Of a DNA stretch of 64,000 nt, positions 1 to 9,184 are shown piece after piece; the stretch's first letter is position 1; every line of letters starts with the position of its first letter. The notes under the pieces were generated by a model. The model did not search any database. It was not told the DNA's origin and saw only the letters and a program-made list of their open reading frames with translations. The stretch comes from a virus. A program made the position numbers and the translations under genes. The stretch covers positions 32,262-96,261 of the IMG/VR virus record IMGVR_UViG_3300050821_017626; one strand, given 5' to 3'.

Positions 1-81
1 GTGAAGTCGAGATTGTTAATGGTAATAGTCGTGGTCATGATTGGCCCCCTTTGGTTGATTGGTGGCAGCAGTGGGCAGGAT

Positions 82-1407
82 CTAGCGGCCATTAGCATTG
101 AGAAGTTCGGCAATGACATGGGTTATCATGTCTGCTTCTGTGGGACTGGTTTCTCCTGCTTTTTGGATATAGATGAAGGGGATACCATTCCGGTAGATGT
201 TCCTCCCTGGCTCGACAGTGTAGCGGAAATTTAACTTCTCGGTTGCTTCCTTGGCTGTTCGGGAGGTGAAGGGTAGAGTGACACCATTGGCAATGGAATG
301 CCATGCCCATCGGTCGCCGAGCCAAACCTTCTTAATTTGTCCCCCTTTGACTTTTCGTGGCTCTAAGTTGTGATTGATGTTCATATTTATTCCTCGTAAT
401 TACCACAGTGGGCAGTGTTTCCCGCAGTGGGCAGTTCGCTTGTCAGTAGGTCGCGACATGCTTGGTCGGCTTCTCCGTAGTGGAGGAAGGCAGAGTCGCC
501 TTGCATTCCACAGATGGAGGCGAGTTTGTCAACGAAGAGACGGATGATGGGGTGATTGTTGCGCCATTCGGTTCCTTCATTCAGTCGGTTGGCTTCATCG
601 TTGACAGCCTTCACCGCTTCGAGGAAGGAGCGTGCTACTCCCGATAGGTTGCAGGCGTTCTGAACTTGGAGAGCGTCGCTGGCGGCTTGCTGTAGGTTAG
701 TCATGGTTTAGTTCCTCCCGAAGGTTGCGACATTGGATTTCAAGTCGCATGACTTGAAATAGGAGTTCAGCCGTGTTTGTGGGCTGATTGGCGCGGATGG
801 CTGCTTCAATTGAGTCGAGTTCGTGGCGGATGGCTGCTATATTGTCGAGTGACCATTTCTTGTAAAAGATTGCGTTAGGCATGGTTGGCTTCCTGTTGAT
901 CGGGAAGGGCGTAGAAAGATGCCCACACTGTGAGAGCAATAGAACCAAGCGAGGAGTTCGCTATCTGTTCCCTCACGTATTCGTTCCCGTCAGACGTGAG
1001 AGGGTTCTCAAGAAAAAGGTTGCAAGAGTCGCAATGTTGGGGACAGTCCGCTTCTCCCCCGCCGTTAGAGAATGGCCCTTGAGGGAAATCTTCGCTGTCG
1101 TCCATGTTCAGTGGACGAGGGTCTGAACAACGCTCTTCGGTCGCTGCGAGTCCGCAGTCCTCACAAAGTAAGGCAGATTTGTATATGTATGCATTCATGG
1201 AATTTCCTCCAGCCATTCTTCGGAGCGGATGATACGAACTTCACTGTAACGGTTTTCGGAGCGGTATCGTTCAGCTTGTGAGATAACGACCGAGCGGATA
1301 TGGTCGGAATAGATGTTGTTTGTCCAACAGAGAGAGCCATGCTCCCGTACGTCTATCCTCCACCATGTTTGTTTGTCTGGTTTCCAGTTTGGGTTAGGTT
1401 TGGTCAT
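82..1407 (-). other. Run of small, tightly coupled early-type phage ORFs (82-384, 387-704, 697-882, 875-1198 with two CxxC pairs, 1195-1407)
   Basis: Adjacent or overlapping stop/start codons on the minus strand; no recognisable family. Confidence 0.65.
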
Positions 1408-1435
1408 GGTTTGTTAGGTTCCTAATGAATAATGG

Positions 1436-2008
1436 CTAGAGTGGGCAGATCGCTTTTGTTTGCTCTTTGACGCAGTATTCTGCTGCTTCCCTCGCTTGCT
1501 CTTCGCAGTAGGTAAGCCCATAGAAACCCCAACAGGAGTCAAGATGGTTTCCGTTGCTGTCCTCTACGGTGTAGCCGTATACCTCTCCTTGGAGAAACTG
1601 ATTGTAGGTTTCGACTTCGCAACGCAGGACACCTTCGGCGGCTTGCTCCTTCTCCTCTGGCGTCATGGCAGCGTTGACGTATTCCTGTTTGACGACATGG
1701 ATGGGAGCGAAGATGAAACCTACTTGTCCACTGTCCCATGGACAAGAGAAAGGTTTGGTGGAGATGGTCAAGCCACTATGGTCGTACAGGTAAAGGGGGA
1801 GAATGATGGTATCCTGTCCATGGTCGGAGCGAATGGATTCCTCTAGATCCTGCCACGAGGAGAAGTCTCCAGAGGAGTAGCCGTGTTTCTTGTCGCCAAG
1901 TTCGTACCGTTTGTGGAAGCATACCATGGTCCCTAGGTTGTCCCATTCACGAGGGGAGTCGGCGTCAGTGTCCTGTTCAATCTTGATGGTCAAGCCTTTG
2001 TATAGCAT
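1436..2008 (-). CDS. Conserved phage/mobile-element hypothetical protein (YLYDHSG...WDSGQVG family)
   Basis: 190 aa with motifs SPREWDNLG, LYLYDHSG, PWDSGQVG, DSCWGFYG recalled from an uncharacterised phage family. Confidence 0.75.
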   Translation of the reverse strand: MLYKGLTIKIEQDTDADSPREWDNLGTMVCFHKRYELGDKKHGYSSGDFSSWQDLEESIRSDHGQDTIILPLYLYDHSGLTISTKPFSCPWDSGQVGFIFAPIHVVKQEYVNAAMTPEEKEQAAEGVLRCEVETYNQFLQGEVYGYTVEDSNGNHLDSCWGFYGLTYCEEQAREAAEYCVKEQTKAICPL

Positions 2009-2011
2009 GGG

Positions 2012-2458
2012 TTAGTCCTCCTCGGGAGAGAGCAGCGTATCAACAATATCACAGGCAAGGGAGAAGCCGGCATCGGCCGTTACCTCGTCAACATAGAGTC
2101 GATGAGTAGGGGGCAGATCGGTTAGAGTGGGCAGATCGTAAAGACGCCGAAGGAGAGTGGGCAGGGATTCGGGAGAGACGGAACAGCGGATGCCTGTTGC
2201 TAGGACAGCTCCTTCAGGGAATCTACTGCAAGGATCTAGACGGCGCTCTATGGGTTCGTAGGTATCGGTTTCCTGGCGATAGCACGCCTCAAGATGGGAG
2301 TCGATGCCTTGATTGACAGCGGCAATGACGGCCGCAGCGTCGGAACTGACGAGTTCCATGCGGTAGGGCTTGCCTTGCATGGCCGATCTGATCTGTTCGT
2401 AAGTGACGGTGCCATGGTCGTCAATGTAGCCGATTATGTTGGTGTCGGTCATGGTCAT
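2012..2458 (-). CDS. Hypothetical protein
   Basis: 148-aa ORF in the co-oriented early run with a purine-rich RBS. Confidence 0.65.
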   Translation of the reverse strand: MTMTDTNIIGYIDDHGTVTYEQIRSAMQGKPYRMELVSSDAAAVIAAVNQGIDSHLEACYRQETDTYEPIERRLDPCSRFPEGAVLATGIRCSVSPESLPTLLRRLYDLPTLTDLPPTHRLYVDEVTADAGFSLACDIVDTLLSPEED

Positions 2459-2473
2459 GGTCGGTTCCTCTTT

Positions 2474-2668
2474 CTAGCCGTTGTCAGACGACCGATAGTA
2501 GTTTGGGCATGGCCACACCTCTGTGTTCTTTGGCAAGCGGGATATCCCTGCCCATTCTTTGGCGCGTTCCCTTGCTTGTGCCTCCCCTACTGGGGAAGAG
2601 AAGCGGAACGTCATGGCATTCTCTGATTCGGGGAAGCGAACCCACCATAAGACGCAAGTGCCGAACAT
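2474..2668 (-). CDS. Hypothetical protein, paralog of the N-terminal domain of 8843-9184
   Basis: WWVRFP..FRFSSPV..EWAGISRLPKNTEVW; GGAGG RBS before ATG at 2668. Confidence 0.65.
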   Translation of the reverse strand: MFGTCVLWWVRFPESENAMTFRFSSPVGEAQARERAKEWAGISRLPKNTEVWPCPNYYRSSDNG

Positions 2669-2700
2669 AGTTGTGTCCTCCTTTCCGAGTCGTGCGGTGA

Positions 2701-2943
2701 TCAGCCGACCTTTCGCCATGTGAGTGTTGACGCGGCCCGTGCCTCCTCCACTTCTTGACAGCGTAGAAGCTCTTCCTCGGTCGCAAGGCGGGCGACATAG
2801 GCGGTGCGGGGACCATGAGCGCCCGTGAGCATGTGGGCGCGCTTCTCGGCCGTCTCTTGGTCGTACAGATCGGGTGTGGCCATTCGGCGAATGAGCTTGC
2901 CCCCGGAGTAGAACTGCGCTTCAACGACGAAGGTCGGTTTCAT
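2701..2943 (-). CDS. Hypothetical protein (MKPTFVVEAQ...)
   Basis: ATGA overlap with the upstream 49-aa ORF. Confidence 0.6.
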   Translation of the reverse strand: MKPTFVVEAQFYSGGKLIRRMATPDLYDQETAEKRAHMLTGAHGPRTAYVARLATEEELLRCQEVEEARAASTLTWRKVG

Positions 2944-3089
2944 CGAGTCCACCCTTCCCCGGTAGGAGCCCAATCGAGTCCGCCGGTATGGCGGCTGTTG
3001 AGAAGATGGGCCGCTAGGCGAGCGAGCCACGCGAAAGGAAAGCGGTAGATGGGACGGCCGTCGGATGGGCTGAAGACTTCATAGCGCAT
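2940..3089 (-). CDS. Small hypothetical protein, 49 aa (MRYEVFSPSDGRP...), below the ORF-track cutoff
   Basis: GAGGAGG RBS; stop overlaps the next start (ATGA). Confidence 0.65.
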   Translation of the reverse strand: MRYEVFSPSDGRPIYRFPFAWLARLAAHLLNSRHTGGLDWAPTGEGWTR

Positions 3090-3113
3090 GTCAAGATCCT
3101 CCTCTTAGGCGCG

Positions 3114-3443
3114 TTAAGCGAATTGTATAGGGCGGTTTGGAGTGCAAGCTGGACAGAATCCCTCGGAACTCAAGTCGCTTGTGGCAGCGTAGAAGGTGCA
3201 TCCTGCAGCGTTACACTGCAGCAGCAGTTCCCCGTCAACGGCCGCTAGTGCCTCCTCACGGGTGGAGTATACTTCGTCGGTCTCCTCTTGGTCGGAAGAT
3301 TTCCAAACAATCCAACAGTCGTGGAGACCTACCGACATATCTCCTGCTTCGAAGTAAATCTGCGGGTAGCCGTACGGGTAGCATGTGCCGAGTGGGTAGT
3401 AAACGACGTTCTTAACATGTGAAGCGCGAATGAACTTCACCAT
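3114..3443 (-). CDS. Hypothetical protein with C-terminal Cys motifs
   Basis: Start MVKFIR coupled to the upstream stop; CxxxxC and CPAC. Confidence 0.6.
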   Translation of the reverse strand: MVKFIRASHVKNVVYYPLGTCYPYGYPQIYFEAGDMSVGLHDCWIVWKSSDQEETDEVYSTREEALAAVDGELLLQCNAAGCTFYAATSDLSSEGFCPACTPNRPIQFA

Positions 3444-3730
3444 CAGCGAATCTCCACTTGGAACTTGGTCGGGACGGCAAGGAAGCGCTTGTCCCATCGC
3501 TGCATGAAGGCGCGCATTTTGGCAGTAGGGGAGAAGGATGGTCCGGTTCCCCAGTGATTGATTGTGACGGAGCATAGGTCCGGCATGGCGTAAACTCTGG
3601 TTGTCGAGAGGTACTCTCGGATGAGAGCGCAAGCGATGGGACAGTTTGAGGGGGATACACCTCCTTCTTGCTGACGGAGTTCAGTGGCTCGGTCGATATC
3701 CTGCTGGGTGACTGAGATGTTACGCTTCAT
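3443..3730 (-). CDS. Hypothetical protein, CPIAxAL family (paralog of 7321-7587)
   Basis: ISVTQQDI...CPIACAL...FMQRWD...VPTKF. Confidence 0.7.
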   Translation of the reverse strand: MKRNISVTQQDIDRATELRQQEGGVSPSNCPIACALIREYLSTTRVYAMPDLCSVTINHWGTGPSFSPTAKMRAFMQRWDKRFLAVPTKFQVEIR

Positions 3731-3776
3731 GGTCGGTTTCTCCAGTGTGTATAAGTGTGTATAGCAGTGTGTAGGG

Positions 3777-4652
3777 TTACTTGCCTGTGTCGGGTGGGTT
3801 TCCTTTACATCCGCCCGCGTACCACATGGTACGGCCTTCCCAATATGAGCAACGCTCATAAGCTTTTTCTAAAGATTCTTTCAATCCTCTGTTTTCCTCC
3901 TGAAGGGCAAGTACTTGGTCAATCGCCTTGTCGGCCATGGCCTGGTAATGTCTGGCTTGATTTTTTGCATCTTGCAGTTCGAGTCGAATCGTTTCGTTGT
4001 CCTTCATGGTGTCCTCACAAAATCAACAGTATGAATGTGTAACCCGTCCTTTGAACGGATGGGAGTAACCTTCACTTGCCAACGTTGCCCACATTTACAG
4101 GTTCGCTTGACGACTAAAGTAGCTTGTGACATGAGAGGAGTTCCCGGCAGTATCCGATCACAATCGGGACACTTAAAGCATACTTTCGTAGTGGGCATCT
4201 TCAGAGTCCCCTGTATGGGTTTCGAGTGGAAACATTGACAACCAGAGTCTCAGTCTGAGATTCAAAGGTTCTATTCGTTGTATCCTGTGTCCAATGAATT
4301 CCTACCCCCTTTCAAGCCACACAACGTGGCCCGCGAGAAGGTTCCGGCGATGGGCCATCAGCTCTTTGGGGGTGAAGAGGGAGGAAGCAGGTTCCTGGCC
4401 GACGCCAGACCAACAGAGATCCGGTTCGCAGATTTCGCAAGTGGCCTCATCCTCACAGCCGCAGCCGTAGTCACAGGAGAGGCAATGGGAGCGTTCCTCG
4501 GCCATGGCGTCAAGGATTGCGACTTCAAGCTTCGCCTTATGGGTCCGGTTGATTAAGGTATGATCTTCCGGGTAGGCCAGGATAACAGCGACCGACGAGG
4601 GTTCGCAGTCGCGGTGCCAGTAGGAGGCACAGTAGTACGTATAGCGGCCCAT
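3777..4652 (-). other. Small early ORFs 3777-4007 (coiled coil), 4004-4198 (Zn ribbon CPDC/CKCG), 4302-4652 (Cys-rich)
   Basis: Co-oriented ORFs, partly coupled. Confidence 0.6.
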
Positions 4653-4654
4653 GG

Positions 4655-4744
4655 TCAGTTACTCCAAACCGCGTTAGCGGCGAAGGTCGAAAGAAGGTAG
4701 CCGATAAGGAAGCCAGAGAGAACGACGGTGAGATAGCGGAACAT
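4655..4744 (-). CDS. 29-aa hydrophobic single-TM peptide (MFRYLTVVLSGFLIGYLLSTFAANAVWSN)
   Basis: AGAAAGG RBS; stop lies 2 nt before the next ATG (4652). Confidence 0.55.
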   Translation of the reverse strand: MFRYLTVVLSGFLIGYLLSTFAANAVWSN

Positions 4745-4782
4745 GGTTGTGCCTTTCTGCAGTAGGTATCCTGCGACTCGTT

Positions 4783-4835
4783 CCCCTTTCGCCCATCGCT
4801 GGGCTCATCAGTACCCGACTAGCCGGGTAGAGGGG
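4783..4835 (-). ncRNA. Type III hammerhead ribozyme HH1
   Basis: Minus strand reads CCCC-UC^-UACCCGGCUAGUCGGGUA (stem I)-CUGAUGA-GCCCA GCGA UGGGC (stem II)-GAAA-GGGG (stem III). Complete core and three paired stems; cleavage predicted at 4830/4829. Confidence 0.92.
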
Positions 4836-5027
4836 TCACCGCTCCCGTAAGAGCGGTGAGGTGATGTATACATTGACGGTGGAGCCGTATTGGTCGCGAG
4901 TGGGCTCCAATTCAACAGTGACGACTTCAACAGGGTCGACGCGGTGAGGGAACTTGATAACTTCCGAGTCGATCATGGTCCCCAGCCGACCGTCGAAGGT
5001 GATGAGTTTCCCGAATACATACTTCAT
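4836..5027 (-). CDS. 63-aa hypothetical protein (MKYVFGKL...) bracketed by the two hammerheads
   Basis: ATG at 5027 follows AAAGGGG (stem III of HH2); TGA directly abuts HH1. Confidence 0.7.
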   Translation of the reverse strand: MKYVFGKLITFDGRLGTMIDSEVIKFPHRVDPVEVVTVELEPTRDQYGSTVNVYITSPLLRER

Positions 5028-5036
5028 GGTGTCGTT

Positions 5037-5088
5037 CCCCTTTCGGCTGTCGCCAGCCATCATCAGCGAGCGCTATTGCTCGGAGGGG
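5037..5088 (-). ncRNA. Type III hammerhead ribozyme HH2
   Basis: Minus strand reads CCCC-UC^-CGAGC AAUAGC GCUCG (stem I)-CUGAUGA-U-GGCUG GCGA CAGCC (stem II)-GAAA-GGGG; cleavage predicted at 5083/5082. Confidence 0.92.
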
Positions 5089-6060
5089 TTCCGCTGCCTT
5101 CACCGTCTCATCCTGTCGCATTCAGGCGGGATTGTGGCAGCGGGGCCGCTTCTGGCGTGTTGACCGCGTACCACGGCAACCGCCAGGGAAAGCGCGCTAT
5201 GAAGTTCCTCGCTCTGCGTTGTGCAAACTCGGCAGCGAGCGAACGTTGTCAAGGTTCCGACGGCAGGCTCTCATCCTGCGCGCTATGCGGTGCCTTCCTT
5301 ATATAAGGAAGGGCCGCGTTGTTTGGGTTAGCGGCGGTTGCGCCTTCTAGGCAAGCGAACAACTATCTCGCCAGGGAATGCTTCGCCATTGGCTATACGA
5401 TCAGCCAGCAGCATACGCATTCGGCCGATTTCTCCCGCTGTTCCTGATACTTGCCCAACCTTGGGCGCCCAAAGAATAGCTTTCCGCATATCATCCTCTC
5501 TAGCGGCGGCTGATTGTGTAAAACGGGCAGCCAGCGTTAACCCAAACGATGATACCGACGATGCTGGCCAGCAGAAGGCCGGCTTTCGTGACTACTGCGA
5601 ACAGCGTTGCTTCCATTCCTCGTTCCTCCTTGCGTCATAACCGTTATGGTTATCGGTTGGTCGGTCAGGTTTCTTTAGGTCGGTTGGGTGAAGTAATCCT
5701 CTCCGATTGTCCCCGAGGGGAGGGAGAGGAGGAGGTCACTCCATCCTGTGCCTTGCTCTTCGTTATACGCGGGCTTGCAACCGCCGTCGGCCGAGTTAAG
5801 GCGCCTTTAGGCGCTTACATCTTGCTTTCTGCTTTCCGCAGATCGTCCCCCAACGACATGAGTTCGTTGTGTAAGGCAAGATACTCTCCACTCAGGTAAG
5901 GAGTTGCTCGAAGCAACTGGTATACCCGATCAATCTCCGCACATATTCTCTTGAGATCCATCAGTTTCTCCTCGGTCGGTTGGGTGAACTCTGCTGCTCA
6001 CATAGGGATTATTCCGCACATCCCGTGCCATGTGAGATACTATTTTTTGGGTTTCTGCGA

Positions 6061-6480
6061 CCGTGCCTGTACCGTGCCTGTGGCCCAACCCATCTATAGT
6101 ATAGCACAGGGTGACGCTATGGGTCAATATGGGTGACGCGTTGGGTCAGGGTGAGGTGAGGGAGGGGGAGAGCTGGTGGGGGCCAGGATGGGGAGGAGAG
6201 GGGGAGCGGAAGGGATGGAGGCACGATACTGTTCGCAACTTCCGATAATATTTATTACGTTGCGAAGGTTTGATAGTCGCTAGGCACGGACTATCGAACT
6301 ATATGGGTATGACGTCGGAGCGTGACGGTATGATGGCTGTCAAAGAGGGGGCCGATTCACTCTTTTTACGACTGTCACAGGAGGCGCGCGGGTATGTCTA
6401 AGGGGCCATGAAATTTTTTCGAAAAAAGTAAAACCTTACTGGTGTAATTCATAGCTTCTAGGCACGACTGTTGGTATAAT
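6061..6480. promoter_or_regulatory. Non-coding divergence region with repeated AGGCACG motifs, a G-rich tract, hairpins and a dif-like site
   Basis: AGGCACG at 6061 and 6072 (reverse), 6219, 6282, 6460; G-run tract 6130-6220; gene strand switches here. Confidence 0.55.
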
Positions 6481-6664
6481 TGAGGTAACCCGAGATGGGA
6501 GATCCAACTAGATGCTTTCAGAAACCATTGCCCCTCGCAAGATCGTCAGCGAACGACGGAAACAGAGCAAACGTGATTGGTCAAGAGAGAACCTCCGCAG
6601 CCCGAACTGCAACCATTCTATCAAGTGTTATGGCCTTTGTCCACACACCATTACCACCAACCCT

Positions 6665-6693
6665 TGACTTTGGCACATTTCTTGCCTACAATA
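6665..6693 (+). promoter_or_regulatory. Sigma70-type promoter TTGACT-N17-TACAAT
   Basis: Directly upstream of GGAGG RBS and ATG at 6713. Confidence 0.7.
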
Positions 6694-6712
6694 CTTGGGA
6701 GGACATTGGCGT

Positions 6713-7311
6713 ATGAAATGGAAAGGTGACGCCACCGATGATGGCCGGTATGCAATCGACAGCGAACACGTTCATGGAGAACCCAAGGTCTATTACGTCA
6801 TGATCAGGGCAGCTCCTGGACAAGGGCATCGCGGCTCCAGTTGGAAATACGGTCAACTGGGACCATTTTTGACCAAGCGCGAAGCGCGAGCAGCGGCGAA
6901 AGAGTATGACCATTCGATTGTCCTGGAGAAAAATAAGGAGTGACTGAATGCCACCTCATCCGCCACCTCATCCGCGATCCATTGCCTCCATTCGGCTTCG
7001 AGATGGCGAGTGGGCGAAGTGCCACAGCCCATTATGCCATTGTGAGACGTGCAGAAAGGGAACCAGATGAAACATCCCGCCTCATCTGCCTCTGGCGCGG
7101 CTCCCACCTCTGGCACTATGGCAACCCAGAGGGGATCTGCGAGCGCTGCGGCGCCACCCTTAGCAGCAGTTTGATGGTGACATTCCGATCATCCGGTATT
7201 CAAGTTTTCATCAATGATTGGGTCATCTCTATCTGGTGGGAGTATCCAAAAGGGATAGTCATAGGGTACGGGGATGAGCGTAAGCCTCGATTTCAATTCC
7301 CGAGGAGTTAA
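6713..7311 (+). other. Small early ORFs (6713-6943, 6940-7311)
   Basis: RBS-bearing, coupled ORFs downstream of the promoter. Confidence 0.5.
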
Positions 7312-7320
7312 AAACTGAAC

Positions 7321-7587
7321 ATGACGATTCATGTAGAACGAAGCCACATAATGGGTTCCGAGCCTCGCAGCACTACCATGTGTCCCATTGCCCGCGCCCT
7401 ACAAGAACAGATTCCCGGTCAAGGGACTTGGTGCGTGTGGCTGAACAAAGCGGCTCTGTGGCCCGGCAAAAGTTACGATCTGCCTACGACAGCCGTAGAT
7501 TTTATCAAGGATTTACTGGATGGAAAGTCAGTGAAGCCGTTCCTGTTCACCCTGGAAGAATCCCATTATGCGTACGATCACAGATAA
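7321..7587 (+). CDS. Hypothetical protein, CPIAxAL family
   Basis: IHVERSHI...CPIARAL...LP...FIKDLLDGKSVKPFLFTL. Confidence 0.7.
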   Translation: MTIHVERSHIMGSEPRSTTMCPIARALQEQIPGQGTWCVWLNKAALWPGKSYDLPTTAVDFIKDLLDGKSVKPFLFTLEESHYAYDHR

Positions 7588-8067
7588 AGAGATAAACAGC
7601 GATACTCCTCCTCCCGACTTTGGGCCACGACGGTGTATCGTCTGTGGTTGTCGTTTCTGGTGTTGCGACGACAAACCGAACTGCCCGCTCTGTGGAGGAT
7701 TCGCCCAAGACGAAGAATTTCTAGCGTGCAGGCGGCAGCAGCACAGGCTAGAGGAGCACAATTAATGGCAGGGGAAAGAACAATGGAACTAAACGAAGAG
7801 GACATTTACAGCGAGATCATCCTCGAAGAAGAGCAGCGACACATGTATGTCACTGCCACTCGTTGGGGATTGGAGTTCTACTGCAAAGAGTTTATCGAGG
7901 ATGAAGTAGCCTGGTACTCCCTCTCTTGGGCCGAGGTTCCCGCCTTTATGGCCCACCTGCAGAAGATTGTTGAAAAGTGGCAACCTAAAGAAGAAACCGG
8001 TCTCTCCAAGGCTATCCACAAAGCGCGCGGTGGGGATGCCCCCACGCCAAGGCAGGGGTTTGCGTAA
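7568..8067 (+). other. Small ORFs 7568-7765 (Zn ribbon CIVCG/CPLCG) and 7765-8067
   Basis: Coupled ORFs. Confidence 0.55.
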
Positions 8068-8163
8068 TGTTCGTCGGCAACAGGCAATACAAGAGTTTGT
8101 GGGCCTAGAACGGATGGGAGATGGCCCTGACGAGCGTATTTTTAATTTGGAAGGAAAGAAGCC

Positions 8164-8415
8164 ATGAACGGTATCAGAAAAGAAGTAACTGCATTTGCCC
8201 AAATAATGGAGGAGATGCTTCAACAAAACGACTATAAAGGTGGATGGTCTAAATGTAACCCACAGTGGCTTCTGATGCGGTTGCAACAAGAAGTTGAGGA
8301 GTTAGACGCAGAACTTTCCGTTACTCCTTTTAACCAGGAAAACATTCGCAAGGAAGCGGCTGACGTTGCGAATTTTGCTATGATGGTAGTTGATGTTTGT
8401 GGAGGGCTTGAATGA
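8164..8415 (+). CDS. MazG-like all-alpha NTP pyrophosphatase-fold protein
   Basis: KGGW...QEVEEL...KEAADVANFAMM (ExxE...ExxD pattern). Confidence 0.7.
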   Translation: MNGIRKEVTAFAQIMEEMLQQNDYKGGWSKCNPQWLLMRLQQEVEELDAELSVTPFNQENIRKEAADVANFAMMVVDVCGGLE

Positions 8416-8619
8416 ACTTTCACCGCTACTACGTCATCGACTTATGGAACGCCAGCAAACTCACTTGGGAGCGCCGAAGAGACGGCTTTGAATTCGCCTC
8501 TAAACCTGAAGCTGAAGATTACATCAAATGTTACAATCTACAGTGTAAATGGCGCATCCTGGAGATCACCATCAAGGATCTGACAGTATGACCCACCTTC
8601 TATGGTCCCACCACAGCAA

Positions 8620-8850
8620 CTATTCGCGCTCAAAAGCCTCTCTTATCTCCCGAACAATGCCATCTCTCACATGCAACTCCACCTCACTTTTAATATCCAT
8701 CACCTCAAGGTCAGAAATTGCGAACGGCACAGTCCTATCGCCTTTCACGCACCGAAACTCATGAAAGTATCTGTCTTTGCGCCAACGATACTGGACCTCA
8801 TCATACCCCTGGCAGCGCAACGTATCCAACAGACGCCCTATGTCAAGCAT
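8620..8850 (-). CDS. Hypothetical protein
   Basis: Coupled to 8843-9184. Confidence 0.55.
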   Translation of the reverse strand: MLDIGRLLDTLRCQGYDEVQYRWRKDRYFHEFRCVKGDRTVPFAISDLEVMDIKSEVELHVRDGIVREIREAFERE

Positions 8851-9184
8851 CCTTGCCCTTCTCCAGAATCTGCCTCACTCGCTCGTGTGAGATACCCAGG
8901 CGCGCTCCGATGGCTCGCAGCGTCAGTCCCTCCTCTTTGGCGGCACGTATCTGTTCATTCCTATCCGGCCCGCGATCAAGTTTTCCGGTGAACGCCTCTT
9001 GCCAATCAGACTCTGTGCCCGTCCAGCAGCGTGTCTGGGCGGGCAGTTGCTCCAATCCAAAATGCTCCCGCATCGCCTGCTCGAATTGGCGGCGTGTCAC
9101 CGGTTGATAGAACCGAAACGGCCCAGCGTTCCGCGCGGCACCAGGAAACCGGAGAAACCAAATATTACTCATCTCATTTTTCAT
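8843..9184 (-). CDS. HTH DNA-binding protein (sigma region-4-like C-terminus)
   Basis: EGLTLRAIGARLGISHERVRQIL. Confidence 0.75.
   Translation of the reverse strand: MKNEMSNIWFLRFPGAARNAGPFRFYQPVTRRQFEQAMREHFGLEQLPAQTRCWTGTESDWQEAFTGKLDRGPDRNEQIRAAKEEGLTLRAIGARLGISHERVRQILEKGKDA

Noticed and set aside
4190-4240. CTGAAGA and GAAAC on the minus strand as a third hammerhead
   Set aside because: Stems and the NUH cleavage triplet cannot be formed
3076-5205. 12-mer GCGCTATGAAGT at 3076-3087 (minus) and 5194-5205 (plus) as an operator
   Set aside because: The first copy is coding sequence (start of the 49-aa ORF MRYEV), so the match is probably chance
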